The translations under genes and the position numbers were made by a program. The notes under the pieces were generated by a model, which worked only from the letters and a program-made list of their open reading frames with translations, searched no databases and was not told the origin of the DNA. This document shows, in pieces, positions 36,738 through 46,443 of a stretch of DNA of 64,000 nt. The stretch's first letter is position 1. Each line of letters opens with the position of its first letter. Source of the stretch: Candidatus Woesearchaeota archaeon CG10_big_fil_rev_8_21_14_0_10_45_16 (lineage in GTDB: Archaea > Nanobdellota > Nanobdellia > Woesearchaeales > GW2011-AR9); the NCBI GenBank assembly GCA_002762785.1, contig PCXY01000003.1, forward strand, positions 70,463 through 134,462. The letters run 5' to 3'.

Positions 36738-38738
36738 ATGCCTGAGACTAAATTGGACGCAGCCTCACCATCTCTTCTTTCTCTAGCTGTGCTTAAAGAG
36801 TATGAACTTCTTGATCCTATCCCCGGGTCGCGTCTGGAGGAGTTGGGTCTTTCCGCCTATGCAGAAAAAGCCTTTCCTTTATCAGGAGATGAAAACAGTT
36901 TCTATGCGGCTTCGATATTAGCTGCGATCATCAGAGAACATGATCAGATAGAAGTTCCCACTTACGTATCGAGAGATAGTATCGCTGCCATCGAATCTCT
37001 CGGAGAATATTCTCCGTTGGAACAGAATTTAGCAGGAGAGCGGCTATCATATCTTTTATCAAAAGGCATTGTACCGGAGCGCAACGGTCAGATCCCTATC
37101 GCCGATCTTGACCTGATCCTGGAAGACTTTCTCTATGCCAGCTGCGGACAGCCGAAAGTGTATGAGCAGAAGGTGGTTCTGCTACGGGAACCGGAGCCAC
37201 CAGTAGAGCCGAAAGTCCAGCTGCCTGCCAATGATAATTCTCGAAGGCCGCCGGTTATCGAAAGAAGACCACGTCAACCAGCCAGATCAGAAGAACCAAA
37301 GAAACGCAGAGGAAGATCACCTTTAGTGCTGGTTTCAGCGCCTGAAGAGACCCAGCCGCAATCGTATAGGCCTAGAAGAGTTGAAGATGTTGTTGATCAT
37401 ATTAGAGATAACACCACTATTGTTAGGAGAAGAGAACCTGCTGCAGAAGATAAAGAGATAAGTCAACAAGACCATGAAGCCAGCAGAGATTCTGTCCGGG
37501 CCTATCTCCGCGATATCGGTCGTAGACCTTTACTGACCCGGGAAGAAGAAGTAGAATGGGGGAAGCAGGCTGAGGTAGTGCATTCTGATATGGCTGATCT
37601 CATCCTATCAGCTCGTTTTGGCGCGTTTCCCTCTGGAAGTGGAGATATTTCTGATAATACCGGCCTGTATCTGGTCCTGCATCAGATAGCTACTGCTAAT
37701 TATTCGAGAAGTAGGGATTATGCTCTCACCAATGAACAAAAAGAATTGATCTACCAGCAAAGATACTCAGAACTTCCAGAAGGTTCATTGTATCGTCGCC
37801 TTGTGGAAGTTCTTACAGGTCAGAGAGATGTTGAAGAACTTTCAACCGATGTTATCAGAATTCCACGAGATCTTATTCTAGACTCAGCGAGAGATCTAAT
37901 GTCAATCGTTAAATATCAGATCAATGATGATCCTCATCAAAGCGCAGGTTCTGAAGTGAAGAGAGAGCTTGTGAGAGATCTTGGAAGAAAGCTTAGGGAA
38001 TACGGCAGACTCAAAGACAAGATGGTCGAAAGCAATCTTCGTCTGGCGGCTTCCATCGCAAGAAAATATTTTGGTCGCGGTCTCGATTTTCTGGATCTCG
38101 TTCAAGAAGGTAACATCGGCCTGATGAAAGCTGCTGATAAGTGGGATTATCGACTAGGATTTAAATTTTCAACCTACGCTATCTGCTGGATCAGGCAGAG
38201 TATTGCCCGGGCTATCGCAGACAAAGGTAAGAATATCAGGGTTCCGGTCCATATGACCGAATTGATACATAAAGCGCGTAGAGCTGAGATGACATTGGCT
38301 GATAAATTAGGAAGAGATGCTTTGCCAGAGGAAGTAGCAAGATATATGGGGATAAGTGTTGATCAATACCATAAGATGAAAAAAGCAAGGCGTTCTACGA
38401 TCTCATTGAATTCTAAAATCGGAGAAGGCGAAGATGCAGAGTTGGGCGATTTTATCGCTGATGGATCTTCTCCTTCAGGATTTGATACTGCTCAACGAAA
38501 TGAGTTAGAAAAGATTCTCAACTCCCTGTTGGGAACGCTTTCACCAAGAGAAGAGAAGATTTTACGGATGAGATTTGGCATGGGTCTGCCAGCAGATCAC
38601 ACCCTTGAGCAGATTGGTCAAGATTTTGAAGTTAGTCGGGAGCGAATAAGACAGATTGAAGCCAAGGCTTTAAGAAGATTAAGACATCCAAGTAGGACTA
38701 AGGAACTAAAACCTTTTATGGACGATCTTGAACAGTGA
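36738..38738 (+). CDS. rpoD: bacterial-type group-1 sigma-70 family RNA polymerase sigma factor with a long N-terminal extension
   Basis: Region 1.2 reads YLRDIGRRPLLTREEE. Regions 2.1-2.4 (NLRLAASIARKYFGRGLDFLDLVQEGNIGLMKAADKWDYRLGFKFSTYAICWIRQSIARAIADKGKNIRVPVHM) and region 4.2 (LSPREEKILRMRFGMG...ERIRQIEAKALRRLRHPSR) are nearly identical to bacterial RpoD. Confidence 0.85.
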   Translation: MPETKLDAASPSLLSLAVLKEYELLDPIPGSRLEELGLSAYAEKAFPLSGDENSFYAASILAAIIREHDQIEVPTYVSRDSIAAIESLGEYSPLEQNLAGERLSYLLSKGIVPERNGQIPIADLDLILEDFLYASCGQPKVYEQKVVLLREPEPPVEPKVQLPANDNSRRPPVIERRPRQPARSEEPKKRRGRSPLVLVSAPEETQPQSYRPRRVEDVVDHIRDNTTIVRRREPAAEDKEISQQDHEASRDSVRAYLRDIGRRPLLTREEEVEWGKQAEVVHSDMADLILSARFGAFPSGSGDISDNTGLYLVLHQIATANYSRSRDYALTNEQKELIYQQRYSELPEGSLYRRLVEVLTGQRDVEELSTDVIRIPRDLILDSARDLMSIVKYQINDDPHQSAGSEVKRELVRDLGRKLREYGRLKDKMVESNLRLAASIARKYFGRGLDFLDLVQEGNIGLMKAADKWDYRLGFKFSTYAICWIRQSIARAIADKGKNIRVPVHMTELIHKARRAEMTLADKLGRDALPEEVARYMGISVDQYHKMKKARRSTISLNSKIGEGEDAELGDFIADGSSPSGFDTAQRNELEKILNSLLGTLSPREEKILRMRFGMGLPADHTLEQIGQDFEVSRERIRQIEAKALRRLRHPSRTKELKPFMDDLEQ

Positions 38739-39061
38739 CCATCGCTGGATCGACTGGATCGGTATGATACGCTTGATTCATGTCTCCATTTTTTGAAAGT
38801 CCTGATTTAAGTGTTTTGCAGAAAAAGGCTATGTAGAAATCTCTTCGAGAGGTCACGGCCAACTCGCTCTTTTACTGAAGCGATTGGAATGCGACCTCCC
38901 CGGATGGGGCTTCCCCCTGTCGCAAACTGTCATCACAAATTACTGGCACCGCTCGTGCAGAGGCGGTGACCCTTCATTTTCTACAGAGCACCAGAAAAAC
39001 AAGAACTCCATTAAACTTATAAACCAGGGTTAAGGAAAGAATGGCATAGGAGGAATAAAAT

Positions 39062-39661
39062 ATGATAAAGATACATGGTAACAGGATGTCTGGAAACAGC
39101 CTTAAAGTTGAATGGGTAGCTAAATTGGTCAAAGCTGAGTATACCTTTGACGAGAAAGATTTCAAGACAGACCTGAAGACAGCCGATTTTCTGAAGTTAA
39201 ACCCGGTAGGTAAGATTCCGGTCGTAGAAGATGGAGATTTCGTCTTATTTGAAAGCGGAGCTATCTGTAAATATCTCTGTGATACGCAAAGCAGTGATCT
39301 TTATCCAAAGGATCTGAAACAGCGAGCTTTAGTAGACCAATGGATCGATTTCTCGACCATCCATGTCGGCGGGGCTATGTCTAAGGTCGCTTTCAACAAG
39401 GTGTTTGCACCAAAGATGGGGGTGCCGGTCGATGAGCAATCGATGGCTGATGGGATCAAGTTCTTGGCTCGTTATCTTCCAGTCGTAGAAGAACAGTTGG
39501 GAAAAGGTCAGTTTCTTATGGGAGATTCCCTAACCTTAGCAGATATCACCCTTTTGGCATCTCTCCACTATGCTGAACCGGCCGAGGTTGACCTAAGTCC
39601 GTATCAGAAGATCACTGCCTGGCGCAATAGATTGCGGGAGATGGATTTTTTCAAGAATTAA
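39062..39661 (+). CDS. glutathione S-transferase
   Basis: N-terminal thioredoxin-like GST domain (LNPVGKIPVVEDGDFVLFESGAICKYL). An AGGAGG sequence lies 7 nt upstream of the ATG. Confidence 0.7.
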   Translation: MIKIHGNRMSGNSLKVEWVAKLVKAEYTFDEKDFKTDLKTADFLKLNPVGKIPVVEDGDFVLFESGAICKYLCDTQSSDLYPKDLKQRALVDQWIDFSTIHVGGAMSKVAFNKVFAPKMGVPVDEQSMADGIKFLARYLPVVEEQLGKGQFLMGDSLTLADITLLASLHYAEPAEVDLSPYQKITAWRNRLREMDFFKN

Positions 39662-39670
39662 TTTTTTTCT

Positions 39671-40681
39671 TTAATTTTGCTTTCCTTCCGCTTCCTTATA
39701 CACATACTCAAATTCCTGCAAGAATCGCTGAGCTATCTTCTCGTCATGGATGATCAGGATGTTCTCATCGTTCCTTTCGTCCCCGGAACCGGTCGGGTTC
39801 ATGCTTCCGGTGATGACTGTCTTGCCGTCGATGATAAATACTTTATGATGCATGTTGTTGGGATTGCCGTCTTTCAGCACGTCCATATCCTGGTAGATGA
39901 TCCGGTCGTACTCAGAATCATCCGTCACCTGTCGGGCTTCCATCACTCCTCTTATCAAGATGCCGTCTCTATGTTTCAGCAGGATCATGTCACCGATGCC
40001 GTCGTTGGTGAACGAGAAGGTCAGGAGATGGATGGAGGTTTCTGCTTTCTGTAACTCTTCTTTGATATGTGCGGCGCAATGGTCTTCCGGACAGAAGTAA
40101 TTCTCGATCTTGACCCCGTCAAGTTTCACCGAAGGGTTTTGGACTGGTTCTCCTTTCTTGAAATCACCGTCCCACATCTCCTGGAATTCCGCATCATAGT
40201 TTTGGGCTAAGGTCTTGGAATCTATCAGCAGCAGATTATTGTTATTCTTATCTACTCCATTATTGGTGGGATTCATGCTGCCGGTGGAGATCTTCTTGCC
40301 GTCGATGATACAGAACTTGTCGTGCATCAGGCCCCAGGAATCTTCCCGGACAAAATCATAGGTAAACTTATGGATATAATCATTATCAGTCACTACTTTT
40401 ACATCTAAGCCCTGCCGTTCTTTTGATAACAAGACTTCTTGTACGGATGGCAGTCCGATGTCGAAGAGAGCGCAGTGGACAGATTCTTCGGCTGTTGAAA
40501 TGAAATTGGTGAAAGCTGTCTCACAGCCTTCACGTGGACAGAAATAGACCTGGATACTGCCCTGATCCTGGACATAGCTCTCTGAAGCGACGATACTGCC
40601 GGTCATCCCGGAAAAGTCAAGGTCTTGGTAATAGCTGAATCCCAGAAGGATGATAACTATCAACAACACGTACCGCCTCAT
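39671..40681 (-). CDS. phospholipase D-family protein (two HKD motifs) with an N-terminal signal/TM
   Basis: HDKFCIIDGKKISTGSMN and HHKVFIIDGKTVITGSMN. The start is taken at MRRYVLLIV rather than the 40795 track start, which would overlap the upstream gene. Confidence 0.75.
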   Translation of the reverse strand: MRRYVLLIVIILLGFSYYQDLDFSGMTGSIVASESYVQDQGSIQVYFCPREGCETAFTNFISTAEESVHCALFDIGLPSVQEVLLSKERQGLDVKVVTDNDYIHKFTYDFVREDSWGLMHDKFCIIDGKKISTGSMNPTNNGVDKNNNNLLLIDSKTLAQNYDAEFQEMWDGDFKKGEPVQNPSVKLDGVKIENYFCPEDHCAAHIKEELQKAETSIHLLTFSFTNDGIGDMILLKHRDGILIRGVMEARQVTDDSEYDRIIYQDMDVLKDGNPNNMHHKVFIIDGKTVITGSMNPTGSGDERNDENILIIHDEKIAQRFLQEFEYVYKEAEGKQN

Positions 40682-40712
40682 GAGAGGGAGAAAACAGGCT
40701 TGATTAATTAAG

Positions 40713-41087
40713 TTAATGGAAGTAGGGAGAAAGCCTTGCTGCCAGATCATCGAAATCCTGACTAAGATCTTTTTTGGTAAGATAGATCTCCCCATGTTTG
40801 AAATTAAAACAGTTGTCGGCAGGCCGATAGCTTTCTTGTCCGACTAGACAAAATACGATATAACTTCTTCTTTGATTGCCTACTTCTCTTAATCTTCTAA
40901 GAACATTCAACCCATCAAACTGAATATCATCGCACATGACCACAGAAAAATAATCCTTTCGCACTCTTTCCTCTAATTCTCTTTCTGAAGCAGCTTCTTC
41001 TATGTCTATTCCTGGAAATGCTGTTTTCAGTACTCCAGCATAAACAAGTCTCCAACATCCTTCAGAATCGGCGACGATAGCTTTCAT
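40713..41087 (-). CDS. CheY-like receiver (REC) domain protein, possibly degenerate
   Basis: Candidate acidic pocket (IVADSE) and VVMCDD phospho-acceptor. Confidence 0.35.
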   Translation of the reverse strand: MKAIVADSEGCWRLVYAGVLKTAFPGIDIEEAASERELEERVRKDYFSVVMCDDIQFDGLNVLRRLREVGNQRRSYIVFCLVGQESYRPADNCFNFKHGEIYLTKKDLSQDFDDLAARLSPYFH

Positions 41088-41135
41088 AAAGTCCCTAAAA
41101 ATATAAATATAATAAAAAAGTAATGGTAAAAATGC

Positions 41136-41651
41136 TTACCTTATCCCTCGACCTTTCCTGCCGGCAGAAGTCTTGCCCTGGAAGACACGGGTCTGGTTCT
41201 TCTTGGTCTGCAGCCACTGCAGGTTCTTGTCGGCTTTGATCACTGGGTGATGCGGATCGACCATGATCACTTCATACCAGTAGAACTTGCCGTCTTCAGC
41301 TGCCCAGTAGGAATTAAGCACAGTCAGGTTCAGGAACTTCTTTTGCGCCCTTTCTTCAGCGATCTGCTGATAGTTCTTGCTAAGGTTCAGCCTTGTTCCG
41401 TATCGCTTGGGTCTTCTACCTGCGCCTGGTTTAGGCCGGCGATGACCTCCTCTTGGAACTCTTTGCCGTATGATGACAAATCCTTGCTTGGCTTTATAGC
41501 CAAGAGAACGAGCTCGGTCCAGACGGGTTGGTCTTTCCGCTTTGACGGTAGTCGGTTCCTGACGCCATTGCAATAGGCGCTCCCGCCAGACTTCTGGCAT
41601 GTTTTCTTTCGGTTTTTTCCACAATTCACGTAGATTCTTATATAGACTCAT
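41136..41651 (-). CDS. rpl15e: 50S ribosomal protein L15e
   Basis: Matches the eukaryotic/archaeal L15e pattern (LGYKAKQGFVI..R.RRGG, LNSYW..ED..YEVI..DP). Confidence 0.85.
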   Translation of the reverse strand: MSLYKNLRELWKKPKENMPEVWRERLLQWRQEPTTVKAERPTRLDRARSLGYKAKQGFVIIRQRVPRGGHRRPKPGAGRRPKRYGTRLNLSKNYQQIAEERAQKKFLNLTVLNSYWAAEDGKFYWYEVIMVDPHHPVIKADKNLQWLQTKKNQTRVFQGKTSAGRKGRGIR

Positions 41652-41922
41652 TTTGGCCTCCGTTGTTTCACTTGTTATTAGGCATCTGCTGCCTGCTCTG
41701 CAATGACTTAATCATTGCTTAGGATTCAGGTAAGCCATTACCCACATCTCCCTGACCTGGATTTGACCGGCCTTTTAAAAAGGTTTTGGCATTGCAGGCT
41801 CTTCTCCCTACATCTCAATTTGTATTTGTAGGGGAAAAAATCTCTCAGTTCTTGCTAAAGACTAAAACTAAGAACTAAAAATAAATTAAGAAAATGGTAA
41901 AAAGGTTGTTTCCAGCGAAGGA

Positions 41923-42087
41923 TCAGTAACTTCTCTTCTTTGAGTAGCATTCCCTACAGAAAACGTCTCTGCCTTCTTTCGGTTTGAATGGTACTTCACA
42001 CTGCTTGCCGCATTCGCCGCAAGTCGCTTTGTGCATTTCTTTTGGTCCAAAATCTCTTTTGAATCCGCCTTGACTATCGTTTCTCAT
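41923..42087 (-). CDS. small zinc-ribbon protein (54 aa)
   Basis: Below the track threshold. Has CGECGKQCEVPF...RDVFCRECY, i.e. two CxxC pairs. Confidence 0.4.
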   Translation of the reverse strand: MRNDSQGGFKRDFGPKEMHKATCGECGKQCEVPFKPKEGRDVFCRECYSKKRSY

Positions 42088-42226
42088 TGTTTCCTCCAGT
42101 ATTAGTTCAATGAACTATAAAACCTATATATTACAGGTTTACTTATAAATCTTCTTAGGAAATTTCTGTCAGCGAGTCGGTATTGCCGGTAGGGCTTAGC
42201 TAACTATCTCCAAAAATCTACGTGCC

Positions 42227-43462
42227 ATGCTGCGCTCACACGGAATGCAACCAAATACGTACCAAGAACAGAAGCCTTTAAATATTCTGGTCATATCTAT
42301 ACTAACACGATATGGAGGTGTGGTTTATATGGATATAAGTCCGATAATCAAAGACGATTTCTTGGCGGTGGAAGATACGGCGATGCTTTCAGAAGCATTG
42401 GGCCAATTACGACAGTATGACAAGAGGGCCGCGCTGATCTTTAGGAATAAGAAGTACCAGGGCCTCATCGAGCGGAAAAGGCTCCTGACGACCAACATTG
42501 ATGCTACTAACACCAAGATCGGCAAGTATGTCCATATGACTCCGATCGTCAGCGACCATGCCGACATCCTGGAGACAGCAGTCTACCTGGCTGATACGGA
42601 ATCAGATTACCTTCCGGTCCAGAATAACAGGACTATCGTCGGTGTTGTCCATGCTTTAGACCTGGCTAAGCTGGCCATGACCCTGCCGGAGACCAGCAAG
42701 CTGAAAGTATCTGACATCAAGCTGCTGAAACCTCGTAAAGTCAACAGCACCGATTCTCTGTCGGTCGTCTTAGAGATCATGAAGAAAGAGCATGTTGATC
42801 ATGTTCCTGTCTTTAAAGATAATGCCTTGTTTGGTATCGTCAGCTTCCGCGACCTGCTGCGAAAATACATTAACTGGTCGCCGAAGAGAGATTTCTCTGC
42901 TAAGTTTAACAAAGAAGCAAGCTCCAGGGCGGCAAGGGTAGACATCAGTCCTTTAGCCTCATTGCCGGTGCAGAACTTCAGCACCAACGATAATCTGGTG
43001 AAGATCAAAAGTTCAGCCACCTTGCTGGAAGCGGTGACCCTGCTGTTCAAGAACAACATCCGCAACCTGATCGTCACGGAAGACAACCAATATCTGGGCT
43101 TGTTGTCGTTACGTAACATTCTCACTGCTGTCAGCAAGCTGAAAGTCCAGAAGAACTACAATATCAAGTTTGTCGGGCTTAACAAGCTGGATTGGCATCC
43201 GTCTGAGAAAGAAGCTCTGAAGAAGATCGCTTCCAACGAATCGTTCAAGCTGCAGCGGATATTGAAGAACGAGTTCAGCCTGATCATCCATCTTAAAGAG
43301 TATGAGAAAGAAGGTCAGAAACACAAGTATTCCGTGACCATGCGGGTCGATTTCCCGGGCAGGAACATCAGTATCTCCCAGGACGATTGGGATTGGCGTA
43401 CAGCAGTCAGGAAAACTTTTGCCAACGCCAAGAACAAGCTGGGGAAACAGTTTAAAGTTTGA
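42227..43462 (+). CDS. CBS-domain protein (tandem CBS pairs)
   Basis: Repeated CBS-like modules. The true start is probably at MDISPII. Confidence 0.55.
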   Translation: MLRSHGMQPNTYQEQKPLNILVISILTRYGGVVYMDISPIIKDDFLAVEDTAMLSEALGQLRQYDKRAALIFRNKKYQGLIERKRLLTTNIDATNTKIGKYVHMTPIVSDHADILETAVYLADTESDYLPVQNNRTIVGVVHALDLAKLAMTLPETSKLKVSDIKLLKPRKVNSTDSLSVVLEIMKKEHVDHVPVFKDNALFGIVSFRDLLRKYINWSPKRDFSAKFNKEASSRAARVDISPLASLPVQNFSTNDNLVKIKSSATLLEAVTLLFKNNIRNLIVTEDNQYLGLLSLRNILTAVSKLKVQKNYNIKFVGLNKLDWHPSEKEALKKIASNESFKLQRILKNEFSLIIHLKEYEKEGQKHKYSVTMRVDFPGRNISISQDDWDWRTAVRKTFANAKNKLGKQFKV

Positions 43463-43590
43463 TTTTTTAATATATTACATTTTTTTAAATTCTTTTTATT
43501 CTCATGACTTTATCCTGATTATCTTAGACTCCAAACATCTTAACAGAAATTATTCTTAAAAGAAATTATTAAAGAAAATCTAATCCTAAC

Positions 43591-43983
43591 TCACTTCTTT
43601 TCCATCTTCTGACGGAACTTGCGAGCGTTCTCTTCATTGACGAAACGGTAGGTCTTGCCGTTGATCTTGGCTTCCACGACATCTTCCACGTCCATCAACG
43701 GTTCGCCGGTCAAAGCGTCTTTGCCCAGCTGGCCGGCCTGTGAGGCGCCTTCCATGAAACCTTCTTCCCAGGTGTCGATCTCGTCATCCTCTTCCAGCTT
43801 CTCACGACCTTCGTCAGAATAGATATCTTCGTCCTCATCACCGTGTTCCATGGCATCCTGTTTCTCTTCGCTAGTCTCTTCATCAAGGATACCTTGTTCT
43901 TCGGCAGCATGGACTTCATCTTCATGAGCTGCTTCTTTCTTTGGATCGCGTTTAGCCTCTTTTCTCATGTCATTTGGAAACAT
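43591..43983 (-). CDS. acidic hypothetical protein
   Basis: Very D/E-rich, with a basic C-terminus. Confidence 0.35.
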   Translation of the reverse strand: MFPNDMRKEAKRDPKKEAAHEDEVHAAEEQGILDEETSEEKQDAMEHGDEDEDIYSDEGREKLEEDDEIDTWEEGFMEGASQAGQLGKDALTGEPLMDVEDVVEAKINGKTYRFVNEENARKFRQKMEKK

Positions 43984-44287
43984 TCTTCAGTTTAAAAGGA
44001 TTGTGGTTTGACAGAGTAAAGATCTGCCACGATACCTTTAAAAAGAGCCCCCGGTGTTGCTGCAATCATGACCATAGATTTGCATCTTGCTGGTATCCGG
44101 CTGGTTGAAAGGCCAAGAAGTCTCCGGCATCCTTTCGGTCCGAGGACTGAGGTGCTCTTTACGGGAAGACTCAGAGGGGACATAACTCCTGTTGAAAGAC
44201 TCGTCGCGCTCACGGACGGCCATAGAGTGACTGTCTATACGGATAGCATTGCGCAGTTTGCTTCACACTATCAACCTTTGATAAAAG

Positions 44288-45862
44288 ATGCTCTGGCTGA
44301 TCTTCAAGGTTATAAAATGGAATGATGGTTGGCTGAAGCCTTATCAAGCAAAAATTTATATAGGAACTGCTGTAGATCAACTTATGCATAACAAACATCC
44401 CGCAGGACCGCCTTCTGATCTCAAACAGATAGATGAGACCACCTGGGAACTGCCCATTTCTCATAAAGAAGGGATGCGGGTTCCGGCCAGGATCATTGCC
44501 AGTAAAGAGCTCATCGATGCGATGGACGGCGGTGTCTTTGAACAGGTTTCTAACGTAGCCACGCTTCCAGGGATCCAACGCTATGCTTTCTGCATGCCTG
44601 ACGGACACTGGGGTTACGGTTTTCCCATCGGCGGCGTCGCAGCATTCGATCCAGAGGAAGGGGGAGTCATCTCGCCCGGTGGAATTGGCTTTGACATAAA
44701 TTGCGGCATGCGTCTGATAACGACTAATCTTACCATAGACGAAGTCAAGCCCAAGATCAAAGAATTGGTCGATGCTCTTTATTTGAAAGTTCCAGCCGGT
44801 GTCGGCTGTAAAGGATTCGTTAAGCTGGATAAAGAAGAATTCAAGAAAGTGTGTATGGAGGGCGTGGAATGGTGCGAGAAGAACGGCTACGCCTGGAAAT
44901 CTGACGTTGAAAACACTGAAAGTTATGGCAGGATTCCGCATGCTGACATCACTAAAGTTTCTGACAAGGCCATCAAGCGAGGTATGGACCAGCTCGGCAC
45001 TCTTGGTTCCGGCAATCATTACCTGGAGATCCAGGAAGTGCGTGAAGGCAACATCTTCGATAAAGAAGCTGCCAAAGCCATGGGCGTCACCAAAGTTGGT
45101 CAGATCGTTATCATGGTGCACTGTGGCAGCAGAGGTTTCGGCCACCAGATCGGCACCGATTATCTCCGGGTGTTCCTAGATGTCATGCCTAAATATGGCA
45201 TCAAGATCCTTGATCAGGAACTGGCTTGCGCGCCGTTCAAGTCACCGGAAGGACAGGATTATTACAAAGCGATGGCCTGCGCTGCTAACATGGCTTTCGC
45301 CAATAGGCAGGTCATCACCCATCGTATCAGGGAAGTGTTCAGCCGTATCTTCAACAAGACTGCGGAAGAGCTGGAGATGAACCTGGTCTATGATGTCGCT
45401 CACAATATCGCTAAGCTTGAAAAACATGTTGTCGATGGTAAAGAGAAGACGTTGATCGTCCATCGGAAAGGATCGACGAGAGCTTTCGGACCTTCTAGGT
45501 CTGAAGAATTACCAGAAAAATATCGGCAATGTGGACAGCCAGTCATCTTAGGTGGTTCCATGGAAACTGGTTCATATCTTTTGGCTGGAACTGACGCTGC
45601 CGATGAGTTCTTTGCGTCTACTGCACACGGCGCCGGCAGGACCATGAGCCGGACCAAAGCTAAAGAACTGGTGCGAGGCGACAAGCTTCAGAAAGACATG
45701 GAAACTCGCGGCATCTATGTCCATGCCGTGACCATGCAAGGTCTGGCTGAAGAAGCTGGACAGGCTTACAAAGACATAAATCTCGTCGTCGATACGTTGG
45801 ATAAAGCTGGGATAACGAAACCTGTCGTGGCTTTGAAACCGATCGGCAACGTTAAAGGATAG
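44288..45862 (+). CDS. rtcB: RtcB RNA-splicing ligase
   Basis: GNHYLEIQ and TAHGAGR motifs. Consistent with the intron-containing tRNAs. The true start may lie downstream of 44288. Confidence 0.9.
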   Translation: MLWLIFKVIKWNDGWLKPYQAKIYIGTAVDQLMHNKHPAGPPSDLKQIDETTWELPISHKEGMRVPARIIASKELIDAMDGGVFEQVSNVATLPGIQRYAFCMPDGHWGYGFPIGGVAAFDPEEGGVISPGGIGFDINCGMRLITTNLTIDEVKPKIKELVDALYLKVPAGVGCKGFVKLDKEEFKKVCMEGVEWCEKNGYAWKSDVENTESYGRIPHADITKVSDKAIKRGMDQLGTLGSGNHYLEIQEVREGNIFDKEAAKAMGVTKVGQIVIMVHCGSRGFGHQIGTDYLRVFLDVMPKYGIKILDQELACAPFKSPEGQDYYKAMACAANMAFANRQVITHRIREVFSRIFNKTAEELEMNLVYDVAHNIAKLEKHVVDGKEKTLIVHRKGSTRAFGPSRSEELPEKYRQCGQPVILGGSMETGSYLLAGTDAADEFFASTAHGAGRTMSRTKAKELVRGDKLQKDMETRGIYVHAVTMQGLAEEAGQAYKDINLVVDTLDKAGITKPVVALKPIGNVKG

Positions 45863-45924
45863 ATTAGCTGGATAGAGTGGATGAGACAATTTAGAAAAAG
45901 AGATGATGAGGAAAGAGGGGGAGA

Positions 45925-46407
45925 TTGATGCAGTTGCGTTATGCTCTATTGGTACTGCTATTTACCACTTCTGTGTGCGCTGTTCCTTTTCCTTTTTCTT
46001 CTCCATACCAACTACCGGCAGTAGTAGAGTCTTTTGATCCTGTGGCTGTCCCATCTTTGTTTTTTGAAAATCCGTTCATTTTTTTTACTGAGATACATTC
46101 GGAAGAAAAGATAAAACTCTCTGAACTATTGTCTGAACCTGCTTTCTACATAATCCGGATTGACCAAAAAGGTTTCAAGCCGGCCTTTCTTGAAGTTAAA
46201 GTTGGTGACACTGTTGAATGGCAGAATATCCGTTCTACCTACCGTCTTAATAAAGCGTTGATCGTAGGTTCCTGGTTGTGCGGTCATTTTCAGAGTCCCT
46301 TGCTGCAAATAAATGATACTTTTTCCTGGACTTTCACGCAGGAAGGAAAATGTCAAATCGTCGATGCCGTCACTAAACAAGTAGGGCGGATAATCATCAA
46401 GTCGTAA
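45925..46407 (+). CDS. secreted cupredoxin-like domain protein (paralog 1)
   Basis: Signal peptide. KVGDTVEWQN strand motif typical of cupredoxins. Shares IVG..C...FSWTFT..C.IVD with 48184..48702. Confidence 0.45.
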   Translation: MMQLRYALLVLLFTTSVCAVPFPFSSPYQLPAVVESFDPVAVPSLFFENPFIFFTEIHSEEKIKLSELLSEPAFYIIRIDQKGFKPAFLEVKVGDTVEWQNIRSTYRLNKALIVGSWLCGHFQSPLLQINDTFSWTFTQEGKCQIVDAVTKQVGRIIIKS

Positions 46408-46443
46408 GAAAGATATATAAATCAATTCTTCTTTTTTTACGAT

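Noticed and set aside
39671-40795. Track start of the phospholipase D gene at 40795
   Set aside because: It would overlap the upstream REC-like gene by 83 bp on the same strand. The Met at 40681 begins a classical signal peptide (MRRYVLLIVIILLG), so that start is used.
44068-44325. 85-aa plus-strand ORF upstream of rtcB, considered as a possible archease
   Set aside because: It is too short and lacks archease features. GC-rich frame with no start context. Left unannotated.
44210-45145. 311-aa minus-strand ORF
   Set aside because: It is antisense to the RtcB gene, which has unambiguous catalytic motifs. The 44799..45179 and 45180..45380 plus-strand ORFs are alternative frames of the same gene.
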